IMG/VR virus record: IMGVR_UViG_3300045988_034373
Span: 96,001-160,000 of that record
DNA: 64,000 nt
Origin: a virus
Strand: one strand, 5' to 3'
The notes beneath the pieces were generated by a model that was given only the letters and a program-made list of their open reading frames with translations, was not told the origin of the DNA and ran no database searches. Below are positions 24,701 to 36,400 of the stretch, piece by piece; position 1 is the first letter of the stretch; each line of letters begins with the position of its first letter. Made by a program: the position numbers and the translations under genes.

Positions 24701-27700
24701 TTCTATGCCCACAGTTGATGGAAGTGCAATCTCTAATGGTGCTATACTTGTAAGACAGCTGAACCAAGCTGCTGATGTATTCATGGCAAATGGTTATATT
24801 GACAAGGAGGTTGCTGATTCTATGAGGAAGCTAGTTGACCAAATTGTAACTGTAAATAGGGATATATATCACTGCGATATGGAAGATGCCTATTATGATG
24901 TGAGTGATGAGGCTGGAGATGCAATCCGTAACTGGGTTGACCAAGACTTGACTGTAGCTAATATAAAGGAGAAAACCCAAGAGTTAGTTGAGAAGTTGAA
25001 GTCTATCGAAGGTCTTAATGATGCACAGCAGAATATGTTGAACACCATCATTGATGATATTAAGAGACAAAGTAACTCAACACTTGCTCAGAACCTTCCA
25101 ATTCTTAATGATGCTAATGCTTTACTAAAGAAGCTTGATACTGCAAAGACTAATCCATTATATGATGTCCTATCTAAGATAGGTGTTAATGTAATTGGTA
25201 AAAAGACTAATGTGTTTGACCTATTACAGGAAATTGAGCAACAGTTCAATGAAGTGCATATCTCTGACTTTGCATTAGATAACAAGCTAAAGCAAGAACA
25301 AATAAAGGATGCAAGGAAGATTCTATCAGCAGCTAGGTCTGTTATATATGCTTCTCAATACGATAACTTGGATGCATCTAATCCATTTGGATTTAATGTT
25401 ACTCTAAAGGAGTTCTACCAAAAGAATGGTATTGAGGATGCTCCCGAACTTGGAATAATTGATTCTGAGATTGCTACTATAATGAATAGGGACTTAGATA
25501 GAATTGAAAGTAAGTTAGACTTTATCGAAAGACTATCTAACCTTAATAAGGAGTCTCAGTTAAAGGAGCAAAGAAGAACATCAGTTAATATGAACTATCT
25601 ATTCTATGATGTTGTTGGTGATGAGAATAGTTTCCTATACACCAAGATGGTTGATGGTCAACCTCAACTAAAGGGAATTGATGGTGAAGTATTACTAAAT
25701 GATAAAGTAAGGGAGGCTATTAATAATGCTACTACTCTAAGGCAGTTTACTGAAGACCAAGACAGAACGTTGGATGTGTCTGATGAGGATTACATATCAA
25801 TGGAGAAGGAAAGAGTACTTATTGAGGATGCTCTTTATGATAGGTTCCAAGAAATATCCCATGGTAAAGACCAAGTAGAGGCTATTAAGTCTATCTTATT
25901 TGACGGTGGATTATCTTACGAAGGTATTGCAAAAGGTAGTGAAGGTATTAGGTCAGTTACTAAGAGTCTTAGTGATTCAGAGAAGCTAGCCTATGCAAGT
26001 GGTATCTTAGGAATTAAGAGTTCAGACTTCTTATCTCAATACTATACCGTTATTAAGAGTGATACATCTAAGTTAGCTCCTATAGCTACTCAAGAATTTG
26101 CTGCAAGAATAGCTTACACATTAGCTTCTAACAGAGGGTTCATTAACAATGTAGTTAAAGCTGCTGACATTCCCAATAACTTTGGTAGTACTGCTCTATT
26201 AAATACAGTATTTATTGAAGGTGTTCCTGGTGCTGGTAAGACTAAAGCTGTTGTTAAGATAGTGTATCAAATGCTTAAAGCATCTAATCCTAATGTTAAA
26301 ACATGGACTGCTGGTCCTCGTCAAAAGCAAAGTGATAACTTAGCTGGAGAAATTGGTGCTGAACATAACACATCATTCACCAAAGAAACATTATTTACTA
26401 AACTTGGAATATCTCCCGAATATGTAAATGATGTTAATAACATAAGGATTGTAGTGTCTTCATCTAATAAGAAATCTGTAGAGATTGTTGGACTTGATGA
26501 GAGAGAGTACAGTAAGGATGATTTACCATCAGTATTATTCATTGATGAAGCTACCCACTTTACTAATGGTGAATTGCAGGTAATCTCCGACTTCGCTGCT
26601 AAGAATAATGTAGCTGTAATAATGTTGGGAGATACTGAGCAAAGTGGTAAGAATCAACTATGGAAAGTAAAAGACGGTAATAATGAAGTGCCAGTTTACA
26701 ACTCGTTTGTATCTACATTTAGCATCTCTTCTCCTAAGCTAACAGTTTCAATGAGAGCATCTAATACTAATAAGAGAGACAATCTTAATAATATTAGGTC
26801 TTTAATGGAACCTCTTAGAGCTACTAACACTGACATGGCAGTTAGTGAGAAGTGGTCATTCTTGAGTAACAATCTTGAGGTAAAATATACACAAGATGAA
26901 TCTGGAATACATGGAGAGAAGGTACAAGCAAGTTTAGATTCTAGTGATTTAGACTTAATGCTATCTACTCTTAAAGAGGGAGAAACAATAGGATATATCT
27001 ATGATAATACTGAGTCTGATACTTATAAGATGCTTAATTCGTTACCTTCTGAAAAGAAGGATAAGATAGAGTTCTTTACCGAGGAATCAGCACAAGGTAG
27101 TGAAGCTAAATACTTCATTGTAGATATTGATTGGAGTAAGAAGAGGTCTGCTGGTAGTGAAACAGCTGAATCTAGTATAGAAGTATCTAACTTCATTAAG
27201 AGCCTTTACACTATTGCTACTCGTTCAGAAGAAGGTACTGTTATCATTAACAACTATCTAACTGAAGTAGCAGGTCAGAATGCCTTTATTGAGAGTGATT
27301 ATAATGCTCCTACGTCTTATACTGATGAATCTCTTGCAGATTATAAGGAAAAGAGACTAAGAGCTTTAGAAGAAATTCTTAAAGGTTATACTCCATCTAA
27401 TCCAGCCATAGCTCCTGTAGTTCCAGGTGGTCAGCCTGTTACTGATAAGCCAGCTATAGTACCTAAACTAAAAGAAGGTGCTTGGATTCAAATGAATGAT
27501 GGTAGTAAATGGCGTATCATGTCAGTAGAAGAGACTGAATATGTTATTGCATCTCAAGACAAGACAGAATATCTTAGACAGCCTATAGAGCAGGTAGATG
27601 CTATGTTAGGTGTTTCAGTCCATCTAACTACTGAACCTACTAAGCCAGCTATATTACCCGAAGGTGGTAAAAGACCCGATTTACAGCAAGTCTTAATTGA

Positions 27701-30461
27701 GGAGGCACAAGCAAGTGAAGAAGGTACTGAGAGTGATTTAGAGGCTAAGAAGAAGGCTCAGTGGTATGCTAAAGATGACCCAGGATTTAAAGTATATACC
27801 TTTGCTGGATACAGGTCTGGTATAGGTGTGGAAATGGCTCATGGTTCTATAGCAGTTGATGCTGATAACAATGTCAATATTGTTAATTCAGGTAGGAAGT
27901 ACAAGAATGCTTCTGGTGAACTTGTGGATGAAACTAAGGGCGATTTACAAGCCCTACTTAACTTAGAAACATTTAGAAATGGCTCAGTTAAGATTCCATT
28001 TAATACTTATAATACTGCTACTACATTGTTAGCTGATATTAGAAGTGCTATAATGTTTGCTAGAACTAACGGTGCTGCACTATCAGGTGTTAAGAAACTA
28101 ATAAGGGAGTTCCCTCCTGCTAGTAAGCTAGCTTCAGCTGTTACTGGAGAGTTACAAGTTAAGTATGTCAATTCATTCTATCAACAGACAGACCAGACCA
28201 TTGAAATGGGTGATAAAACTACTCCTAATAGGAAGTTAGTAGTATATACCCTTAAAGACAGAAGTGGTAATCCGATTGCAGAGTTTACTGTAGGAGTTCT
28301 TCCTGGAGAGTTTACTTTAGATAACTGGGTTCAGAACTATGTCGGAGAGGATAAGAACATCCAATCTAAATGGAAGAGGTTGAGTGAGTTACTTGCTAAA
28401 GGTAATGAAATAACTAAAAAGAATGGCGGACGTACAGTATATATCCCATTAGGAACCGACTTTGCACTAGGTCCTAATATTATTTCTAACACTAAGATTA
28501 GTAAAGTAGATTCTAGTGGTAGAGCCTACGTAGATGGTGCTACATTAAAAATAGTTCCATTTAGTGAGTTTAAGAATGCTAAATCAAGAATTGTATCTGA
28601 CGTTTACATTATGACTAATGTAGGTGTTAATAACGAGTTCTATGATAAGTCCTTAGCTGGTAAGGCGGTCGCATTCGTAACTACTAAGAAAGACTTTGCT
28701 TATAAGGGAATAAAAGCATCAAATGACCCTAACATTCTTGCGGAAGCATGGATGGAAACAAGGGGAAATACAGATGCTGACAAGTTAGACGATGTGGTTA
28801 AAGTTGTTAAACTTGACCCAATCGGTGTTAACTTTGAGGAGTATATTAATGGAGTTAGTGCTTTCAGAAGAGAGTTAGCTAATAAGACTGGTAATGCAAA
28901 GATGTTCAGTCCTCCAGGAAATAAATATACTGCTGCTCGTATCTTTATGAATCTATTACAATTTGACTTAGACCTAAAAAGTGCTCTTGTAACTGGTCAA
29001 ACAGTACATGGTGTGTCTATAGTCGAAGGAGATAAGTTTAGATATGAGAATGGAAAGGTGGACATACCTAGTAGTAAAGCAACAGAGTTAATTAGTAGCT
29101 TAGATTCAATGATGGCTTCTGCTGTTAATAGAATCTATGGTAAGAATGACGCTGAAAAGTTAGCCACAACTAATGTAGAATGGGGACTTACTGGTGAAGT
29201 TACTCAGACTGCAATAGATAAGCTTAACAATGCTGTACTAAATAGGTTTGATAATTACCTTGAGAACTTACAGAGTTATAAGGATGGAGAAATCTTAGCT
29301 GAGTTTGCTGACTCATATTCATTTACATTGGCTAAGTTATTCCATAATTACTTTGCAGAATTTAGGGTAGATTCTAAGAACTATGGATTAAGAACTGATG
29401 CACAATCTCAGAATCTACTAAAGACTGTAACTAAAGTTCTTCAAAACTACGAGCAAAGCTCATTTAAAGAGGGTATTTACTATACTCCTGTTTATAAGAG
29501 TAGTGCTGAAGGTGGTGGTATAGCTACAGCAATGGCATACCCTGCTATCAATATGGTTAACAACTTTACGGTGGATGTGGAAGCACAGACTCCAGATTTT
29601 GTTATCACTGGTGAAGCTTTGCAAAGACTTGCAAATGGTATTGAACAATATATGTCTAGTAGACCTACTCAAAGACCAGTAGAACATGATTATACTATGG
29701 ATAACGCTAAAGCCGTTTTAGCAGCTAAAGCTAAATTCAAGTATGATGAACAGTTCAAAGGTATATTTGAAACGGCTTCTGACATAGTTGCTAAATCACT
29801 ACCATCAAATAAACCAGCTCTTGATAAGGATATTGCAAATTCAATCTATAGTACAATTAAGAGAATGGCAGCTGATAGGAAACAGAATTTAGTAGATTCT
29901 AGTACTGAAGGCTTCATTATCAGTGTACAAGGTAATATTACTTCAGATGGTGTCATGGACTTAAAGTTCAATACACTGGGAGGAACACTAAGAACAATGC
30001 TTAACCAGCCAGTAACTAACATCAGTGTTGATGGAAGTGAAGGTAGTGCTTTGTATTCTGGAAAATTTGAGGTAAATTTGCAACCATATCAATGGACGAT
30101 GGATAGCACAGGTAAGGTTACTTACACTGAAATCCAAAATCCAGTTGCTGACGAAGGTCAAAAGGCTGAGAACTTAGCAAAGCTTGAAGCTGAGACACAA
30201 AAGTTGGAAGCAAGGAAAGAGAAGATACTTAACGAGTTGGTTAGTGGCATGAAGGAACCCATAGTTACTAAAGTAAAGGAAAGTGTAGACATAATACTTT
30301 CTGGAGATTTAGGTACTAAGGAGTATACTAGAGCCAAGACATTCGTCGCTAAGGCATTCTCACTAGCTCCATCCAACTTAAAGAGTGAGTGGGATTCATT
30401 GTTATCTGATTATATCAATAACAAGGATGCCATAAATAACATATTAGGAACTTGTAATTAA
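21771..30461 (+). CDS. giant protein (2896 aa) with an embedded SF1 helicase-type P-loop NTPase core
   Basis: Walker A GVPGAGKT (nt 26220-26243). Walker B LFIDEAT (DEAT at 26544-26555). Also GDTEQSG, EESAQGSE and YTIATRSEEG (R at 27222-27224). Hydrophobic segments occur in the N-terminal third. Confidence 0.85.
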   Translation: MDNKKPNDWMLNVLQNPSFSLSDFKAVGIDGNNTSIEDREVYANNKIIQSNPQFQDSDGNFDNTKFNQFYDGALQSYQLLANNTFNETVMDEATFGFNNIWAPKESSKRTQPEFQINRTFNPDRRKMGVEKVGFVSDRTLTAAEIAQTQKVFDPETGEWDESPNDAWLGRNWFQPVALAQWDSDDYHIDPETNRKVRHRKGELKLNEEGTYYYEKLGSREPYGRQLLSPFDVLTTDGSKANKYDFFDSDSLDKSVFGSIMKNTFKIAPMFVPYVGPVYIGLGIANELAKVLPIIYKTTFGLAGASTDWANKLEGFAYSMDSGTSEYAKQHPWAAENILNMVGDVAKQLYEQRWIFTNAPRLFKSYGISSKNGTPSELDKQIAKLAEEYTQTAVKDIPKVLKSLEATGSLDIIQKEALAKATIWGQNYMKSYENWGKHLSRLYMTGTASYNAFSDAKEEGASDEQAAAVFWGYMAGMYALMSTDIGEHVLPELRMDKAQIRKLIQDVSQQAKQSISTNAIKAESKEASKNIFAKLFNSAKSFAQNNYKAIADGSTSIMSNALAEGVEEVSEEVLYDVTKATFNAISYFTGNERRLSAFNDMASRYSMSFFGGAIGGGMFQGINDIKIRKSYDSSNMQANQELIYLIRQGRGEEIYKALEDMKKKGVLGDKNLSATKVDKVDDKYVYQQGTDKDNQNDAIYSLMKDYVSNIEQVLSVEGMKLSDASLLDKQMLSELRYQELFKNAPSTGKILQDFNNLADRFLTLHSKIDEINATYSDENGKKSKEYADAMAAVQQQIDDAKKEQYEFLHTGMRGKYLGMMMFSANPVISKPFIDMNFRMYAESKYNKDFELLSEDDIAKAKEDYNNYLQYDANSKLDMAYGVFRNMNEKLSPIFQETGELGYKQYAQLKRNFYNASMSLTGADGVAKPTTISDILGGMFGNKNATDEDILEMAENLKKPRIKEAKEHPFDEISRFLSYSMPTVDGSAISNGAILVRQLNQAADVFMANGYIDKEVADSMRKLVDQIVTVNRDIYHCDMEDAYYDVSDEAGDAIRNWVDQDLTVANIKEKTQELVEKLKSIEGLNDAQQNMLNTIIDDIKRQSNSTLAQNLPILNDANALLKKLDTAKTNPLYDVLSKIGVNVIGKKTNVFDLLQEIEQQFNEVHISDFALDNKLKQEQIKDARKILSAARSVIYASQYDNLDASNPFGFNVTLKEFYQKNGIEDAPELGIIDSEIATIMNRDLDRIESKLDFIERLSNLNKESQLKEQRRTSVNMNYLFYDVVGDENSFLYTKMVDGQPQLKGIDGEVLLNDKVREAINNATTLRQFTEDQDRTLDVSDEDYISMEKERVLIEDALYDRFQEISHGKDQVEAIKSILFDGGLSYEGIAKGSEGIRSVTKSLSDSEKLAYASGILGIKSSDFLSQYYTVIKSDTSKLAPIATQEFAARIAYTLASNRGFINNVVKAADIPNNFGSTALLNTVFIEGVPGAGKTKAVVKIVYQMLKASNPNVKTWTAGPRQKQSDNLAGEIGAEHNTSFTKETLFTKLGISPEYVNDVNNIRIVVSSSNKKSVEIVGLDEREYSKDDLPSVLFIDEATHFTNGELQVISDFAAKNNVAVIMLGDTEQSGKNQLWKVKDGNNEVPVYNSFVSTFSISSPKLTVSMRASNTNKRDNLNNIRSLMEPLRATNTDMAVSEKWSFLSNNLEVKYTQDESGIHGEKVQASLDSSDLDLMLSTLKEGETIGYIYDNTESDTYKMLNSLPSEKKDKIEFFTEESAQGSEAKYFIVDIDWSKKRSAGSETAESSIEVSNFIKSLYTIATRSEEGTVIINNYLTEVAGQNAFIESDYNAPTSYTDESLADYKEKRLRALEEILKGYTPSNPAIAPVVPGGQPVTDKPAIVPKLKEGAWIQMNDGSKWRIMSVEETEYVIASQDKTEYLRQPIEQVDAMLGVSVHLTTEPTKPAILPEGGKRPDLQQVLIEEAQASEEGTESDLEAKKKAQWYAKDDPGFKVYTFAGYRSGIGVEMAHGSIAVDADNNVNIVNSGRKYKNASGELVDETKGDLQALLNLETFRNGSVKIPFNTYNTATTLLADIRSAIMFARTNGAALSGVKKLIREFPPASKLASAVTGELQVKYVNSFYQQTDQTIEMGDKTTPNRKLVVYTLKDRSGNPIAEFTVGVLPGEFTLDNWVQNYVGEDKNIQSKWKRLSELLAKGNEITKKNGGRTVYIPLGTDFALGPNIISNTKISKVDSSGRAYVDGATLKIVPFSEFKNAKSRIVSDVYIMTNVGVNNEFYDKSLAGKAVAFVTTKKDFAYKGIKASNDPNILAEAWMETRGNTDADKLDDVVKVVKLDPIGVNFEEYINGVSAFRRELANKTGNAKMFSPPGNKYTAARIFMNLLQFDLDLKSALVTGQTVHGVSIVEGDKFRYENGKVDIPSSKATELISSLDSMMASAVNRIYGKNDAEKLATTNVEWGLTGEVTQTAIDKLNNAVLNRFDNYLENLQSYKDGEILAEFADSYSFTLAKLFHNYFAEFRVDSKNYGLRTDAQSQNLLKTVTKVLQNYEQSSFKEGIYYTPVYKSSAEGGGIATAMAYPAINMVNNFTVDVEAQTPDFVITGEALQRLANGIEQYMSSRPTQRPVEHDYTMDNAKAVLAAKAKFKYDEQFKGIFETASDIVAKSLPSNKPALDKDIANSIYSTIKRMAADRKQNLVDSSTEGFIISVQGNITSDGVMDLKFNTLGGTLRTMLNQPVTNISVDGSEGSALYSGKFEVNLQPYQWTMDSTGKVTYTEIQNPVADEGQKAENLAKLEAETQKLEARKEKILNELVSGMKEPIVTKVKESVDIILSGDLGTKEYTRAKTFVAKAFSLAPSNLKSEWDSLLSDYINNKDAINNILGTCN

Positions 30462-30471
30462 ACAAAGAATT

Positions 30472-33400
30472 ATGCGTTGTATTGTTACTAATGACAAAAA
30501 AGAGATTATTATTGATTCGTTAAACAGTGTCTTTAATGATACTGAATTGATAACCTTAGAGGCTAAGTTCAAGAGATTGGGGGAAGACCTTTCCCCTATT
30601 CTTGTCTTAGACGATGAGCGTTCTATAAGTGTTATATCAGACATTATCAATGAGTGGATTCCAGAAGCTCGTGATGTGGCTGAAATGTTTGAAGATGATG
30701 TCCAACTAGCTCTATTAACTGAGTTAGAAGAAACAAAGGATTTACGAATTACTGACCTTAGAAAGTCAGGTGTAGCTCCAGCTAATAAGGCTGCTGCTAA
30801 TTTAAATATGGACATCAGAGAGGAATCTTTAATTGATTATCAAGAGAAGATTACTTCTTCTACCATCAGTAATCTGTATAGTAGTGCTCAGCAACCTCGA
30901 AATCTAATGCAAGATGAGTTAAGGCGTAGTGTTATATCATCATTCCTCGTAGATTTTAAGGAGGGACGAATCGTTAGAAGTTCTCAGGAATTTAATAAGA
31001 ATCTAGCTGCCCTATTTAATAGACTATTAGCAGATTTAAAGATATATGCAGAGGAGGTTAAAGTCGATTTTGATAATTCTCTACTGCTATATGATGAAGA
31101 TGGCAAATATACAGGACAGTTCTCAGTTGTACAGAAGTTAGCTGATACTCTCTTCGGTGATAAGTTTAATGCTACATACCTTGATCACCTATATGCTACT
31201 AGAACAAGTAGCTTTAGAAGTTCTAAGGCATTAAAAGCATATAACTCATATGTAATTCTAAATAACTTTGATACATTGTTAAAGACCTTACTTGGTAAGA
31301 CTATAACTATTGACCAAAGATATGTAGATTCTTTTACTGATGTTACAAATGACAAGTATAAGTTGCTTGACAATTCTAACTTAGTAAAGACATGGAGAAG
31401 CTCTGATGATGTAGATGCCCTATCTGAAATGGGTAATATCACTAAGATATTGCTAGAGCAGACTCCCATGTTACATTATCCGACTGGAGAGAATAAATTC
31501 AATAACTATCTGGAGGTAAAGGACTTTACTTATGTCTTCAATAAACTTAAGAACATTCCAATCTTCTCTGAAATAGCGGATAAGATTAGGTTTGCACCTA
31601 ACAAGTTTATTCCAAAATTGATTGACACTGCACTTAAAACTAATACTAGAGGATTGACTGCCCATGATAAGGACATTATATTCTCTGTACAAAGAAGGTT
31701 CTATAAGAACAATTTTGACCCCTATGGTGATTCTGAGTATTCTCTAACTGAGATTATCAATAAGGAGTACAAAGAAGGTCAGAATGGTGTTCTTAGTCAG
31801 AATTTAGTTGACTTTGTATCTGGAATGATTGACAAGACTGTATCTACTAACCATATTGGGTATAGACCATCTGACTCTGGCAACATGGAGATATTTGATG
31901 TTAAGGATAATAATCTTAATAGTCACAAGCTGATTATTGAGAAAGGTATCAATAACATTAATAATACTCTATCAACTGAGTATAGAAGAGATTTACTTGA
32001 TAAGTATTCGGTTAGAAGAAATGGAGCTAAGCTTAGCATTAGAATCCCAGGGTACACTACTAAGAATGGTCATTCACTACACGTTGTTCATGCAAACAAT
32101 AGTAGTAGGGGAATATCTGTGTTTACTGTTGATTCTAACAGAAACCAAACTCCATTGTCTTTAAGTGAAATGGATAGAATGGTTCTTGAGGGAGATACAG
32201 ACCTCATAAGAGCCTTAACAGAGTTCTTGGATGATACTCTATACCAATCACTTGGACTGCAGCCCGAAATACTTGATGCCTTTAGAGAAATTGTTGGGGC
32301 TAGCTCCGACATAAGTGCTATAATGCAACTTGCCACGTTAGGTGGACGTTCTTTAATGCGCAATCAAATAGAAAAGGAATTAGCAGATGGAACAATGGAT
32401 AGAGCCTCTGTACCTGAATGTTTCCCAGCAGAGTATAATAAGGAATCTGCCTTGTTTGATAAGAGGACAGGCTCACTGAAGACTGTAATACCTGACCAAG
32501 CTAATATTGTAAGGGATTTAGCTAGGGCACGTATGCTAGTTAATGGTGAAGCCGCCAAGAGTAACTCTCGTGACTTATCTGGTAACTCAATATCTAATAA
32601 TGGTTTAACTAACCTTATTAATACTGCTAAAGTTAACTGGATTGAAGCTAAGCATCTATCTAGTTATGGCTATAATGTAGCTTCATTAGGTAGTATCTTC
32701 GTTAAGAATCCTAATCTTATATTTGGAACTACTGTAAAGAAGGAAGCCCAAAGTAAGGATAGGTCTGTAACTAAGTCTAGTGCTAAGTTCTTCTCGTCTG
32801 AGATTGCCCATAGTTCGATTCTGTATGACTTCTGGTCTGGGTTCCTTAATAAGGATGGTGATATGGCTGGTAAGTTCTATATCCAACCTACAGTATATTC
32901 AGATAAGTCAAGACATTATTTGATTGGAATTGATGGTATGCAAGTACTGACTCCAACATTTGATGAAACTACTGGAGGTAATGTAGGTGGTAAGAGGATT
33001 ACAGAGTCTACTGCTGAGGACATTAGAAATGTTCATTATGCTTCTATGGCTCAGATGTATAGGGTTATGAGGGATAACTTAATGGCTGATTATCAGCAGA
33101 CATTGGCTCCCATACTCCCAATGCTAGGCATTTCAAGTATTACTACGTTCAGCGATGTGGAGAATGTATTTAATGCTATCAATGCTAAGTATAAGCTAAA
33201 GAAGGATGTGGAGTTCTTTAGGTCCAAGGGTATGCCAGTTAATCCAGAGAATGAAGCTGAGTATCAGCAAATCATGCAGAGTCAAATGGCTTTAGCAAGC
33301 TCTCCTCAGGATTTGTATATGTTACTTGCTAAGGATGCTAATACTGACGTTATTGACCAGATTCACTTCTCTGGTAAAGGTAATCTAGGAATTAACAAAT

Positions 33401-36400
33401 TGTTAAAGCATTACTTCGAGATGTTCTTGGATGATGCTAAGACAAGGAGCATTTATAATGCTAAGGTTCTTAGAGAGAAGAAGAAGTTTGCGAGAGACTT
33501 ACTCAATAACAATAAGTTCTTCTTATATGACAAGAGAGGCGAAATTGACCCTGTATTGAATAAGTTCATACATGGTTCAAATAAGTCCGAGACATATAGT
33601 ATGTGGGCTGGTCCAGATTATGAATCTAAGTGGGTAGACCCTGATACGGCTGAACTTATTATTGCTAAACTGGTTGATAAGAACGGTAAGGAGACAAGAC
33701 TTACTAAGAACTCATTATTTGACCCGAAGGATTCTCAAGGCTTAATCCTTAATCCTCTGTTCGATATGTTCTTTGAAGTTGATAATCTAATCTCTAGTAA
33801 TTTCTTAACCTCTACTGTTGGAGGACCTTATGGTCACCCATTAAAGTCTAGAATAGACCCTAATGCAGATGAGGTAACTAAGATTGAACAAGAGGAGGCT
33901 GCTCGTACATTAGCGCAGTTTAAGCGTATGGTTATCTATCCAGCTACTATGCACAACTATGTGCAGAATCAGTTAAACGGTATTCCTCCTCAGTATAATG
34001 TCGCAACCATTAGGGATATGTCTGCTTCAGTTCATAACTACTCTGGAGTTACTTCTAAGGTAGATGTTCAAGATGGTAGTGGTTGGGCTAATCCATTCAT
34101 TGCTATATTGGAGAATAACTCTCTAAATGATGCTAAAGCTGGTGAGGATAAGAAGCCAATTGGTCATAGTATGAATCCTATGTACTTATCTGAATTGGAG
34201 CTGAAATATGCTTTGATGGATATTTACAATGAACGTATCAGAGACTCTCAGAAACCCGACAATGAGGGTGTAAGATGGAAGAATATGCTAAAGAAGATGA
34301 CAGATAGACAATGGGACGTACCCGTTAATTTAACTGTTGCTTTCAATGGCAAACCCGTCAATATAGCTGAGAGTATTGAAAACCCTTACTATAGGGATAT
34401 AGTTACTGGTAAGTTCTATAAAATTGTAGATATTAAAAGGACTGGTGATAATCTGTATGATGTAACACAAGTGCAGGTTAATAAGATGGGTACTGTGATA
34501 GGTCAGCCAGAACTCAAAGGTGGAACTTCTCTTCTTATTGATACTAATTACAAACTATGGGAAGCCTTTGGTGGAGAATGGTCTTGTGATTTAACCGAAA
34601 TGGGATTATTTGAAGGCAACTCTTCTATTGAAGCAGTAGCTTGGTATATGAACAATATCGGCATAGTAAGAAGTAGGGAGAATGAAGAAGCCTATGGAAC
34701 AGACTTTAAGCAAGAGCTTTATACATTCGGAGAGGACTATGAGGAACTTCCTTCTGAGAGTGAAATCCGTAATCCTGATGGAACATTTACTGACTTTGCA
34801 AACTTATCTCAGATAGAAGTGTACCAACCACTAAAACACTCTGATATTCACTATTTAGTTAATACTAGTGGTGCTAAGTGCGGTGCAACTAATATCAATC
34901 CTACAAGTTCTTGGTTCAACGATGCTCCATTGAGAAGCTTCAAGATGTCTACAAGGCATTTAGGTATTCAAATGGATGCTGACCACCATGCCGATGATTC
35001 AGAATTAACTGAGATGTCTCAGGTAATATCTTCATTGGAAGCTAATGGTTATACTCATCATATTGCTAAGGAAGCATATCATGATTTAGGTTCTATTGTA
35101 TATTCTACAATGAAGCGAGAGATTGATGCTGTAGCTGAGTATTATAAGATGGGCGATTCAAGAGAAATTTATAACATTGTAGGTAAGTCATTCTTAAAAT
35201 CATTTGATGATAGTTCTAGCAATAAGGCTAGCTTGGCTGAAGCTATTATCTATAACATGAAGAAGGAGCTTGGTAAGTATCTAAAGATTTCAGAAGCTGA
35301 TGTTAAACTACCCTTTAGTGATAATAATCTATTAGGTGCTGTTATCTCTAGCGTAACTTCTATGATTAATAAGAATGCTATCAAGAGAAAGTATCCAGGT
35401 ATTGCATCTGTATTGATTCCATCACATGGTGCTATTCAAATCTATAAGGCTAATGGAATTGATTATACCTATAGTCAAGCCCAGTTGTCTAAGTTAGATT
35501 TTAACCATCAATTCAACCTGCAACCTATTATACCTATTACCGATATTGAGTTCGGTGAGAGTTATGTAGTTGTTGAAGGCACTCAAGGCTATCCTGTTGA
35601 TTCTAATGGTGTAGTTCCAGAAGGTGCTTCAATGTGGGATGGTGATATGCAGCATGAAGCTCAGTTCAATCTTAATGTTCCTGGAGTTCAGCATATTACC
35701 GTTGATACCATTGAAAAGTATAATGCGTTGAGAAATGACACATCTGGCAGGTTAGTTAAGAGAAATCCTTATAAGGGACGTGACTTACAACCTTCTCGTA
35801 CTCTATTTAAGATTGGAGGTAGACAATATAGTATATTTGATTCTGATTCTATCAAGTCTAGGTATGCTGTAGAGAAAGCCTTTGATAAAGGTGGAGTAAT
35901 TGATTTGGCTAGAAGCGGAGACATTGATGCAGCTATTGAAATACTTAACGGCTTTAGGATTCCTAATGACTTAGTTAGTGCTAAACTAAATGAATTAGCA
36001 AACAAGCTAGCTAATAAGGACTTCTGGAGAATTAGTAACCTTGTTGATGACATTAAGAACCTATATAGGGATGATGTTATCAATACCTTTAAGAGACTAT
36101 CTGCTGATGGTACTGTTATCATTAATGATGAAGTTAAGACTATAGACCCAGAATCCTTAGAGATTAAGGAAGCTGAGTTAATATTACCTAAAATCTATGC
36201 AACTAGGTTCGGTTTAAGAAGAGGTGACTCTCTGAATGAAATAATGAAGAATAAGGACTTCTTCTATAATAGAATCATTGATGCATGGAATGACAAGACT
36301 ACTAAGTATGATATTGCTCTGAAAAGAGCTAATGGTAATCATACCTATATCATTCTTAAGAGTGGTGGTAATGCTAAGATTGTAGAAGGTTTACAGAAAG

